From NCBI GenBank assembly GCA_964387845.1, contig CAYLXA010000004.1, positions 32,001-96,000 on the forward strand: a stretch of DNA of 64,000 nt. The letters are read 5' to 3'. Of the stretch, positions 28,306 through 36,755 are shown piece after piece; the first letter of the stretch is position 1; each line of letters begins with the position of its first letter. Both the position numbers and the translations under genes were made by a program. The DNA is from an uncultured bacterium (lineage in GTDB: Bacteria; Omnitrophota; Omnitrophia; Omnitrophales; Abzuiibacteriaceae). Below the pieces are notes generated by a model, which was not told the origin of the DNA, did no database searches, and saw nothing but the letters and a program-made list of their open reading frames with translations.

Positions 28306-29735
28306 ACATTGAAGAATTTTGCAGATTAACAGGACTGGTCAATTTTGTTTGTTGTTTGTTATTTGCAATATTCATTTTTTCAAAGAATCCGCGAGAAAGA
28401 ACCCATCAGATTTTTGCTTTGTTTTCATTTTTTGTTGCGCTGTGGTCATTCGGCTATTTTTGTTTTCATTCTTATAATGCCGACTACGAATCCGCAGATT
28501 TTTGGATCCGGTTCTTAACACTCGGTTGCTGTCCCATTCCGGCTGTTTTTCTGCATTTCGTGGTAACGCTTTTACAATTAAATGATCGCCCTCTCTATAA
28601 ATGGCTTGTTGGCTTTGCCTATATTTTCTTTTTCTCGTTGATTTTATTCTCACCAACTTCGTTAATGGTCGCAAGTCTTGAACCTAAACATTGGTACCGT
28701 TTATGGCCTAATCCGGGTTTTTTGTGGCATTTCTATACTGCAGGATTTTTTATCACCGTATTATTTTCTCATTACCTTTTATTTAGAGCCGCGTTTCACT
28801 CTACAGGAGTTCGTCGAAAGCAACTAATGCTGGTTGCCGTGGGAACTTTGATTACGTTTTCCGGCGGTTCTACCAATTTTTTTCTTTGGTATGATATCAC
28901 AATCGCTCCCGTGTTAAATGGGTTTGGAATTCTTTACATTATTATTGTTTTCTATGCGGTTCTGAATTATCAATTTTTACAGGTGGAAGATGTCCTGGCG
29001 ATTCATAGAGATAAACTGATGCTGCTAGGGCTTATGTCATCGAGTTTGACGCATGAAATCAAAAATCCTTTGTTTCTAGTCAAAGGCTATACGGATAAAA
29101 TTACGGCGTTGGCGCAAAAGAAAAACGACACCGAAATCGCAGATGCCCTCCGCCATCTTTCAAGCCAAGTTTCCCGAATGAGCACGCTTGTTACGCGGCT
29201 TAGCGATTTCGGAAAGCCAAATCCTAACCCGGGCAAACAGGAAGATGTGGATGTGGCCCAAGCACTCGAGGATGCCTTATTTTTTGCAGAGCAAGAACTC
29301 AAGCATCACAACATTGAAGTTGTAAAGAAAATCGAGCTCAATCTGCCAAAATTGAAGGGTGATAAGAGTCAATTTGAGGAAATATTCTTGAATTTAATTA
29401 TGAATGCATTCCATTCTATGAAGAATGGCGGGAAATTAACCATTGAAGCAAAAATCCCTCACCCACGCTCCGCGTTACCCTCTCCCTCAGGGAGAGGGGA
29501 GGGTGAGGGCGGTATTGAAGTAATTATTTCCGATTCCGGAACCGGAATATCGAAAGAAAACCTCAAAAATATCTTCAAACCCTTTTACTCAACGAAAGGC
29601 AAACAAGGGACGGGCCTCGGCCTTCACATCGTCAAAACTCTCGTCGAACAGAATAGTGGCAAGATCTCAGTCGAAAGCGAAGTGGGTAAGGGAACAAGAT
29701 TTAAACTTTTATTCAACGCAGAACTCAGAGTATGA
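28302..29735 (+). CDS. Membrane sensor histidine kinase, paralog 2 of 4. Carries an in-frame REP-like insert.
   Basis: HEIKNPLF H box. Same HATPase motifs as HK1. Insert at 29456-29509. Confidence 0.8.
   Translation: MNIEEFCRLTGLVNFVCCLLFAIFIFSKNPRERTHQIFALFSFFVALWSFGYFCFHSYNADYESADFWIRFLTLGCCPIPAVFLHFVVTLLQLNDRPLYKWLVGFAYIFFFSLILFSPTSLMVASLEPKHWYRLWPNPGFLWHFYTAGFFITVLFSHYLLFRAAFHSTGVRRKQLMLVAVGTLITFSGGSTNFFLWYDITIAPVLNGFGILYIIIVFYAVLNYQFLQVEDVLAIHRDKLMLLGLMSSSLTHEIKNPLFLVKGYTDKITALAQKKNDTEIADALRHLSSQVSRMSTLVTRLSDFGKPNPNPGKQEDVDVAQALEDALFFAEQELKHHNIEVVKKIELNLPKLKGDKSQFEEIFLNLIMNAFHSMKNGGKLTIEAKIPHPRSALPSPSGRGEGEGGIEVIISDSGTGISKENLKNIFKPFYSTKGKQGTGLGLHIVKTLVEQNSGKISVESEVGKGTRFKLLFNAELRV
29456..29509. 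repeat. REP-like GC palindrome, in-frame in HK2. Encodes PHPRSALPSPSGRGEGEGG.
   Basis: ccctcaccc ... ccctctccc tca gggagagggg a gggtgaggg. Confidence 0.8.
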
Positions 29736-31081
29736 ACGCGTACAATTTATCCGTCTTATTTTTTGCTTACAGCGCCTTTCTCCTAAGCTTGCTGCTACTT
29801 GTTAAGAATAATGATCCCCTCAATCGCAGTTTTTTTATATTTAATATTTTTGTTTGCATGTGGGGATTTAACATATCCTGGATGCTGAATAGTTCAATTT
29901 CTTATGAAGAAGCCATGCTTGCGTCGCGTCTAGCAAACTTGGGAGCACTCTTTATTCCCCCGAGCTGGCTGGGATTTGTGTGTGCTTTTCTCGAAATAAA
30001 AGAAGAAAAATCGAGAATCATTAAGTTGATTTATATATTGAGCGCCTGCGTCGCTTTATTTAGCTTTAGCCCGCTTTATGTTTCTTCAGTAAAATCGTTT
30101 TCAGACTTCAAGTATTACACTGTAGCTGGCCCGGTCTATCATTTATTTACAATCGAATTTACACTTGTTGTCATGTATGGCTTTTATCATTTATTTAAAG
30201 CGCTCAAGGGGAAAACCGGTGTCAAAAGAACCCAACATATCGTATTCACATGCGCCATCGGTTTCGGTTTTGTTGGTGGCTCGCTGACATTTTTGCCGGT
30301 TTACAACATCCCGCTTCCTCAGTATGGATTATTTTTACTGCCGCTCTATCCGTTCTTAATGACATTTGCAATTATGAGGCATGGATTCTTGGATCAAGAT
30401 GATATTCTTGCCATCCATAAGGACAAGCTCGCGCTTTTGGGGCTCATTTCATCCAGCCTCAATCATGAAATCAAGAATCCTTTATTCTTGCTCAAAGGTT
30501 ACGTTCAGAAGATGGAATTAAGCACGAAAGATCCTTCTTTACCCAAAATGTCGGAACAAATCAGCCGGATGAGCAACTTGGTGGAGCGCCTGGGTGAATT
30601 CGCGAAGCCGGGCTCCGGGGCCAAAGAAGAGGTATATCTCGAAAAAGCTATTGATAACGCTCTGTTTTTTGCGATGCAAGAACTCAAATATCAAAATATC
30701 GAGGTGAAAACCGATATTCAGAAGCCGCTTCCCAATCCCATCGGCAATCGCGGCCAGTTTGAGGAAATTTTCCTCAATCTAATTGTGAATGCGTTTCATG
30801 CGATGTCGCCGGGCGGAGGCAAATTAACGATATCCGCTATATCCGAAATCCGAAATTCGAAATCCGAAATAATAATCACGATTTCCGACTCAGGATGTGG
30901 AATCCCCAAAGACCGCCTCAAGCGCGTATTTGAACCCTTTTATACCACCAAAACCGGCCGCGGCACCGGCCTCGGCCTTCACATCGTGAAAACCTTGGTC
31001 GAACAGAATGACGGCAAAATCTCGGTCGAAAGCGAAGTGGGCAAAGGCACGAAATTCAAATTGGAATTCAGCACAAAATGA
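29732..31081 (+). CDS. Membrane sensor histidine kinase, paralog 3 of 4.
   Basis: HEIKNPLF. NAFHAM. SDSGCGI. GTGLGL. A tccgaaa heptad x4 lies at 30833-30871, in the same loop position as the HK1/HK2 insert. Confidence 0.8.
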   Translation: MNAYNLSVLFFAYSAFLLSLLLLVKNNDPLNRSFFIFNIFVCMWGFNISWMLNSSISYEEAMLASRLANLGALFIPPSWLGFVCAFLEIKEEKSRIIKLIYILSACVALFSFSPLYVSSVKSFSDFKYYTVAGPVYHLFTIEFTLVVMYGFYHLFKALKGKTGVKRTQHIVFTCAIGFGFVGGSLTFLPVYNIPLPQYGLFLLPLYPFLMTFAIMRHGFLDQDDILAIHKDKLALLGLISSSLNHEIKNPLFLLKGYVQKMELSTKDPSLPKMSEQISRMSNLVERLGEFAKPGSGAKEEVYLEKAIDNALFFAMQELKYQNIEVKTDIQKPLPNPIGNRGQFEEIFLNLIVNAFHAMSPGGGKLTISAISEIRNSKSEIIITISDSGCGIPKDRLKRVFEPFYTTKTGRGTGLGLHIVKTLVEQNDGKISVESEVGKGTKFKLEFSTK

Positions 31082-32430
31082 ATCCATTTAGTCTCGCATT
31101 ATTGTTTTTCGCTTTTTGTTCGATTCTTATCGGTTTATTTGTTTTTTTAAAGCGTGATGATTACACCGGAAAGCTTTTTTTCTTCTGGAATATTTTAATC
31201 GCGGGCTGGGGAATTCCTGCTTCAATTGCATTCACTAACGAGGTAAGTTATCAAACCGCCTTATATGGAACTCGAATCGCTCATTTTTCATCTGTTCTAA
31301 TACCCGCAGCATGGCTTCATTTCGTTTTAGTATTTGTAGGAAAATTTGAACAAAAGAAAACATTGGTTCTATTTTTCTATTTCTATAGTTTGATTATAGA
31401 TTGCTTTGTTTTTACACCTTTTTTTATTCCTCATTCAGAACCCATGGTGGGATTTCGGTATTATCCAATGGGAGGAGTAGCCTATCACTTTTTTTCAATC
31501 GAATTCTTTACGGCAGTGCTTTTGGCATTTTATGAATTAGTAAGAGCCTATCAAGCTAGCTTTGGGGAAAAGAAAAAGCGCCTGGGTGTTTTAACATTAG
31601 CCACTTTTCTTGCTTACCTCGGTGGTTCTTTAACGTTTCTTCCTTTGTATCATATCCCATTTCCACAATATGGTTTATTCTTAATGCCGATTTATCCATT
31701 TATGATGGCATATGCAATGATTCGCCATGGCTTGCTTGACTCCGAAGAAATTCTTGCTATTCAAAAAGATAAACTGGCTCTACTTGGTCTTATGACTTCA
31801 AGTTTAAATCACGAAATCAAAAATCCACTGTTTTTGTTGCGCGGCTATGTTCAAAAGGCCAGAGGCGGAGAAGTTCAGTCGATTGATAAAATGACGGAAC
31901 AGATCGACCGGATCGGCAAGCTGACCGAGCGTTTAAGCGAATTCTCACGGTCAGGATCTGCTGTGGCACAAAAAGAAGAAGTCGATATCGCTCAAGCAAT
32001 CGAAAATGCACTGTTTTTTGCCAATCACGAACTGAAATATCATAATATTGAGATCAAAAAGGAAATCGATCCCAACCTACCCAAAGTTCTCGGCGACAAA
32101 GGCCAATTCGAGCAAATTTTCCTTAACCTAATTATGAACGCTTTCCACGCGATGTCGGGCGGAGGGCGATTGACGATCTCTGCTAAATCCGCACTCCGCA
32201 CTCCACACTCCGCAATTGAAATAAGCATCTCCGACTCTGGATGTGGTATTCCAAAAGAACAGCTTAAAAATATCTTTAAACCGTTCTATACTACGAAGGG
32301 CAAATCCGGCACCGGCTTGGGCCTGCATATTGTTAAAACCTTGGTCGAGCAGAATGGAGGAAAAATATCGGTTCAGAGCGAGGAGGGAAAAGGTACTGCT
32401 TTTTTGTTAAGTTTCTTAATTAACAGCTGA
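31078..32430 (+). CDS. Membrane sensor histidine kinase, paralog 4 of 4.
   Basis: HEIKNPLF. NAFHAM. SDSGCGI. An actccgc heptad x4 lies at 32188-32214, in the same loop position. Confidence 0.8.
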   Translation: MNPFSLALLFFAFCSILIGLFVFLKRDDYTGKLFFFWNILIAGWGIPASIAFTNEVSYQTALYGTRIAHFSSVLIPAAWLHFVLVFVGKFEQKKTLVLFFYFYSLIIDCFVFTPFFIPHSEPMVGFRYYPMGGVAYHFFSIEFFTAVLLAFYELVRAYQASFGEKKKRLGVLTLATFLAYLGGSLTFLPLYHIPFPQYGLFLMPIYPFMMAYAMIRHGLLDSEEILAIQKDKLALLGLMTSSLNHEIKNPLFLLRGYVQKARGGEVQSIDKMTEQIDRIGKLTERLSEFSRSGSAVAQKEEVDIAQAIENALFFANHELKYHNIEIKKEIDPNLPKVLGDKGQFEQIFLNLIMNAFHAMSGGGRLTISAKSALRTPHSAIEISISDSGCGIPKEQLKNIFKPFYTTKGKSGTGLGLHIVKTLVEQNGGKISVQSEEGKGTAFLLSFLINS

Positions 32431-32505
32431 TTATAAGGTGATCAATAGTATTAAGAATTTTGACGATATATTATCAGTCAAAGCAACCCTTAAACCAAGG
32501 TTTAT

Positions 32506-32868
32506 ATGCAACGCATCCTCTTAATTGACGATGATCTATTGATTTTAAAATCGACCGGTCGATTGCTGGAGAAAGCGGGGTATCAAGTAATCTCGGTCTC
32601 CAATTCTTCAAAAGCTTTTGACGCAATTCAGAACAGTGATTTTGATCTCATATTATCTGATATCCGAATGCCGGGCAAGAATGGTGTTCAAACCGTCAGC
32701 GAAATTCAGGATAATTTAATCAAAGCAGGCAAGAAAGATTTGCCTATTATTTTCATAACCGGTTTCGCAGAATTTGGAGACGAACTCCAAGCTAACTTTC
32801 AGGGAGAAGTCTTGTATAAGCCGGTTGATAACGACAAATTAATAGCGACTATCCGGGATTATTTATGA
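32506..32868 (+). CDS. Response regulator, receiver domain only.
   Basis: LLIDDD, LILSDIRMPG, KP receiver motifs. Confidence 0.8.
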   Translation: MQRILLIDDDLLILKSTGRLLEKAGYQVISVSNSSKAFDAIQNSDFDLILSDIRMPGKNGVQTVSEIQDNLIKAGKKDLPIIFITGFAEFGDELQANFQGEVLYKPVDNDKLIATIRDYL

Positions 32869-34100
32869 AAAGACGCATAGCCGTCACTGGTTTGGGGGCT
32901 GTAACGCCCATCGGGATCGGTGTTGAGAATTTTTGGAATGCAGCCATTGCCGGCAAATGTGGAACGGCTGAAGTAACCTTATTTGATGCTAGTAATTACG
33001 AAACAAAGCTTGCGGCAGAAGTTAAGAATTTTAATCCCACCGATTTTATGCTTCCGGAAGTTTATCGAAAAACCGATCGTTTTGCTCAGATGGGTGTCGC
33101 CGCCGCTAAGTTAGCGATCGAGGACGCCGGAATACTATCGCTCATCACCGCAGACAATAACATTCCGGTGATTATCGGTTCCGGGCTGGGCGGCTCACTA
33201 TTTCATGAGGAACAGATTTTTAAATTAATGGATGGTAAGGACCCCAGAAGAGTTCTTTCGAGTTCGGTTCCAAAGATTGCTCCGAATGCAGTGTCTGCAT
33301 TTATCGCGTTGCAATTCAAATTGAAGGGCCCGAATTTTGCAATTTCTACAGCTTGCTCATCCGGTGGAAATGCAATCGCAACAGCGGCTCAATTAATTAA
33401 AAGTGGAATTTCCGATATCGCCGTGACCGGCGGCGTGGAATGTCCTATTACTCCGTTTACATATGCAGCTTACCAATCGCTTCACGTGCTTTCGAGAGGG
33501 CCTAAAGGTTCGGCAACGCCGCGGCCATTTGATAAAGATAGGGACGGATTTGTTTTGGGAGAGGCGGCTGGCATTTTGATTCTTGAAAACATGGCCAAGG
33601 CAAAGGCGCGAGGGGCTAAAATTTATGGTGAATTGGTCGGTTATGCCAGTAACTGCGGTGTTTATCACATGGTGACACCCAATCCAACCGGTGAAGATGC
33701 CGCAGAAGCCATGCAAATGGCTTTAAAATCAGCAAACATTCAACCGGAAGAAGTCGATTATATTAATGCGCATGGAACCGCCACAAAAACGAACGATGTT
33801 TGTGAAAGCAGCGCCATTAATAGGGTTTTTACAAACCGAAAACAACCGTATGTCAGCAGCACCAAGTCCGTGACAGGCCATACCATTGGAGCGGCAGGCG
33901 CTATTGAAGCTATTCTCACTGTTTTATCGACAAAATATGGTGTTGTTCCACCAAATGTCAATTGCGATAATGTTGATGAAGCTTGTAAGGTGAATGTTGC
34001 TAGAAATCAGGCAGTTTGGACTAAAGTTGAACATGCCATGTCCAATTCATTTGGGTTTGGTTCAAACAACTCAGTTTTAATTTTTAGGAAATTAAATTAG
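32865..34100 (+). CDS. Beta-ketoacyl-ACP synthase (KAS I/II, FabF-like).
   Basis: Cys-His-His triad context: ISTACSSG, HGTATKTND, GHTIGAAG. Overlaps the response regulator (ATGA). Confidence 0.85.
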   Translation: MKRRIAVTGLGAVTPIGIGVENFWNAAIAGKCGTAEVTLFDASNYETKLAAEVKNFNPTDFMLPEVYRKTDRFAQMGVAAAKLAIEDAGILSLITADNNIPVIIGSGLGGSLFHEEQIFKLMDGKDPRRVLSSSVPKIAPNAVSAFIALQFKLKGPNFAISTACSSGGNAIATAAQLIKSGISDIAVTGGVECPITPFTYAAYQSLHVLSRGPKGSATPRPFDKDRDGFVLGEAAGILILENMAKAKARGAKIYGELVGYASNCGVYHMVTPNPTGEDAAEAMQMALKSANIQPEEVDYINAHGTATKTNDVCESSAINRVFTNRKQPYVSSTKSVTGHTIGAAGAIEAILTVLSTKYGVVPPNVNCDNVDEACKVNVARNQAVWTKVEHAMSNSFGFGSNNSVLIFRKLN

Positions 34101-34116
34101 ATTTACTCGGGATACA

Positions 34117-34371
34117 ATGACACCAGATCAAATATTTCAAGATTTGAAAAATATTATGGCTAAGTTATTAAAAATCACAGTAACAGAAATAAACGAGCTT
34201 GCTACCATGGAATCCGATCTCTCAGAGATTGGTATTGACTCCGTTGAAAGTCTAGATTTGCTTCACGAGCTTGAGGATCACTTTTCAATAAAAATTCCGG
34301 ATTCGGAAGCCAGTTCTTTGGTGAAAGTGGCGGACGTTGTTCAGCTGGTCTTAGACAAGCAATCTGGCTAA
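34117..34371 (+). CDS. Acyl carrier protein
   Basis: 84 aa. GIDSVESLDL phosphopantetheine-attachment Ser motif. Confidence 0.8.
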   Translation: MTPDQIFQDLKNIMAKLLKITVTEINELATMESDLSEIGIDSVESLDLLHELEDHFSIKIPDSEASSLVKVADVVQLVLDKQSG

Positions 34372-34376
34372 ATTTT

Positions 34377-35618
34377 ATGGACAAAGAATACTATTCGCGC
34401 GGCCGAAAAAGGGTTAATATTTTAAATTTATGTCGTGACATATTTATCGCAGCCCTCCCTCAAGGGTTAAGACCCTTATCGATTAGATTAATACCGTATA
34501 GACCTGATTTTATATTTTTGACACACCCAAGAAACGAAGATGATATTTGGGCGACCATTCCGGTCGCTAAATTTTTCTCTCGAATATCAAGAAGACTTGT
34601 AAAATTAATACTTAATCTTTCGCCATGTTATATTGTTGCGAATGTCAAAGCTCCCGATGAAAAGAAGGGATATGTTATTAGTGTTACCGAACTACCTGAA
34701 GATTTGTTTTCTAAAAGGGAATTGGTCACGACTCTAGCAAAAAGATTAATCTCATTTTTCAGCAAAATTAGTGACCATAAAACATATGTAGGTTTAGCTG
34801 CCTGGTGGCCTATAGTTACAAATTCGGGTCAATTGTTTAATAAATATGCTCAGAAAAATAATATGGTTGAAATAACAAGTGGTCATACCACCACGCTATT
34901 ATCATTATATCTTTCGATTAATAAATTAGCCGAAGCAACACAAAAACATTTAACAAACTCGAGCGTGCTTATTTTGGGAGTAGGAAAAATCGGTGGTTCG
35001 CTGGCGGTTCTGCTTGCGAACAAGGTAAAAAAGATTGGTCTGCTAGATAAGAGTTATATTCGGCTAAAATCAATCCAAAAGATTCTCAACGAAAAGCATC
35101 TTAACACTACGATCGAACTTATTCATGTTACTGATTCTAATGCTGAAGAAATTATTTTGAGAAAAATCCAAGAGTATGATTTAACAAGTTGTACGACGTC
35201 AAACGTGGGGTTGCTAATTGACGATCAAGCCAAACTCTCAAATTGTTTGATCCTAGACGATTCTCGTCCCGAGGCTTTTCCTCGAATCTTCTCTCGAGAA
35301 AAACATGCAATAATTCTTGAGGGTGGATTGATGAAAATTAATGGAGTTTCATTAGATTCTAACTTTGGTTTCGGAAAGGAGAACAATATTTTCGGTTGCT
35401 TGGCCGAAGCGATTATTTTAGCGCTTGATACTAGTAACAAATTGAAGCCTAATACAGGAGAGATAGATTTTCAAAATTTTAATGCTTTTGTTGAATTTTG
35501 TCATAGGCGAGGGATTGTTGCGGGTGACTTCAAGTGTGGAGAAAAATTTTTAACAGAAGATGAAATACGCAAGATCGCGAGAATGGAAAACAGGGATGCT
35601 ATCAGTAACAAGATTTAA
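34377..35618 (+). CDS. Long-chain acyl-ACP reductase (AAR)-like NAD(P)-binding protein.
   Basis: Rossmann motif LILGVGKIGGSLAVLLA. The C-terminal half matches my recollection of cyanobacterial AAR motifs: TSGHTTT, CLILDDSRP, ILEGGLMKINGVSLD, NIFGCLAEAIILALD. Confidence 0.5.
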   Translation: MDKEYYSRGRKRVNILNLCRDIFIAALPQGLRPLSIRLIPYRPDFIFLTHPRNEDDIWATIPVAKFFSRISRRLVKLILNLSPCYIVANVKAPDEKKGYVISVTELPEDLFSKRELVTTLAKRLISFFSKISDHKTYVGLAAWWPIVTNSGQLFNKYAQKNNMVEITSGHTTTLLSLYLSINKLAEATQKHLTNSSVLILGVGKIGGSLAVLLANKVKKIGLLDKSYIRLKSIQKILNEKHLNTTIELIHVTDSNAEEIILRKIQEYDLTSCTTSNVGLLIDDQAKLSNCLILDDSRPEAFPRIFSREKHAIILEGGLMKINGVSLDSNFGFGKENNIFGCLAEAIILALDTSNKLKPNTGEIDFQNFNAFVEFCHRRGIVAGDFKCGEKFLTEDEIRKIARMENRDAISNKI

Positions 35619-35640
35619 TCTACTTTAACCCGGGGGCTAT

Positions 35641-36729
35641 ATGAGTCAAATGGATTTTGACCACAAAACGTCATTTAAATTTATGGAATATGAAAATCAG
35701 AAAATTTGCATCCGTTGCATACTACCAGAGTCAATTCCAGGTATAAATTTTGATACAGCTGGAGTTTGTAATTTTTGTTTGAATTATGACAGGGAGGAAA
35801 AGAAACAGAAGCCAGATTATGAAACTCTCGAGTCACGTATGATAAAAGTGTTGCGCGAAGATCCGAAGAAACATCCGTATGACTGCTTATGTTTGTATAG
35901 TGGCGGTAAAGACAGTACGTATATGCTTGATCAACTGGTTAATAAGCATAATTTGAGAGTATTAGCATTTACTTTTGATAATTGGTTTATTCCAAGAGAA
36001 ACATATGAAAATATTAATCGTGTGTCCATGAAGGTGGAATGTGATTACATCAACTTTAGACCTTCTTGGAAATTGAATAAAAATATGTTCCAGATGGGAT
36101 TTAATGAAGCATGGCGCATTGAGGAGTCGAGGCAATTGGCCTATCTTATTGGCCATGCGTGTTGGCCGTGTTTTGTTCAAATAGCCATGCATGCTATTAA
36201 GTTTGCTGTGGACAAAAATATTCCAAATATCGTTGTAGGAACAACGCCAGGTCAAATTCGCCAGAAAAAATTAGACCTCACTTCTAAGTTCGGCGATCTT
36301 TCCGATGTGTACAAAAGTATGATTTTGCCAATGATCAAGCTACTAAAGCTAACCAAACAAGATCAAGTGTTGCAAGCCTTAGATATGCCATTTTGGAGCA
36401 AAATAAAAGTGTTGGGTTTAAAATTAATCCCATTTTATGAATATGCACATTACAACGAAGAACATGTTATAAACACCGTTGAAAATAAATTTGGCTGGAA
36501 ACGACCTGGAAATGTTGATTCATGCTCTTCAAACTGTCAGTTGAATTCACTAGGTATAGAAGTGCATAAGAAGACGTATGGTTTAAGTCCATACGTCATA
36601 CCGCTAGCGCGAGATGTTCGAGAGGGATTGGTCAATAGAGAGGAGGCGTTAAAGGCTGTGCGCGGGAAATTAAACACAAATCTCGTGAAGCATATAGCCG
36701 AGAAATTTGATGTCAAATTGACTTCATAA
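35641..36729 (+). CDS. PP-loop ATP pyrophosphatase of the N-acetyl sugar amidotransferase family (WbuX-like).
   Basis: N-terminal CxxC..CxxC ribbon (CIRCIL ... CNFCLNYD) followed by the SGGKDS PP-loop. Confidence 0.65.
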   Translation: MSQMDFDHKTSFKFMEYENQKICIRCILPESIPGINFDTAGVCNFCLNYDREEKKQKPDYETLESRMIKVLREDPKKHPYDCLCLYSGGKDSTYMLDQLVNKHNLRVLAFTFDNWFIPRETYENINRVSMKVECDYINFRPSWKLNKNMFQMGFNEAWRIEESRQLAYLIGHACWPCFVQIAMHAIKFAVDKNIPNIVVGTTPGQIRQKKLDLTSKFGDLSDVYKSMILPMIKLLKLTKQDQVLQALDMPFWSKIKVLGLKLIPFYEYAHYNEEHVINTVENKFGWKRPGNVDSCSSNCQLNSLGIEVHKKTYGLSPYVIPLARDVREGLVNREEALKAVRGKLNTNLVKHIAEKFDVKLTS

Positions 36730-36755
36730 TATCTCTATAGGGGGCTAATTTAAGC

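Noticed and set aside
30833-32214. Short direct repeats as a possible CRISPR array.
   Set aside because: The units are 7 nt with no spacers and lie inside kinase coding sequence, so this is not CRISPR. No cas genes are present in the window.
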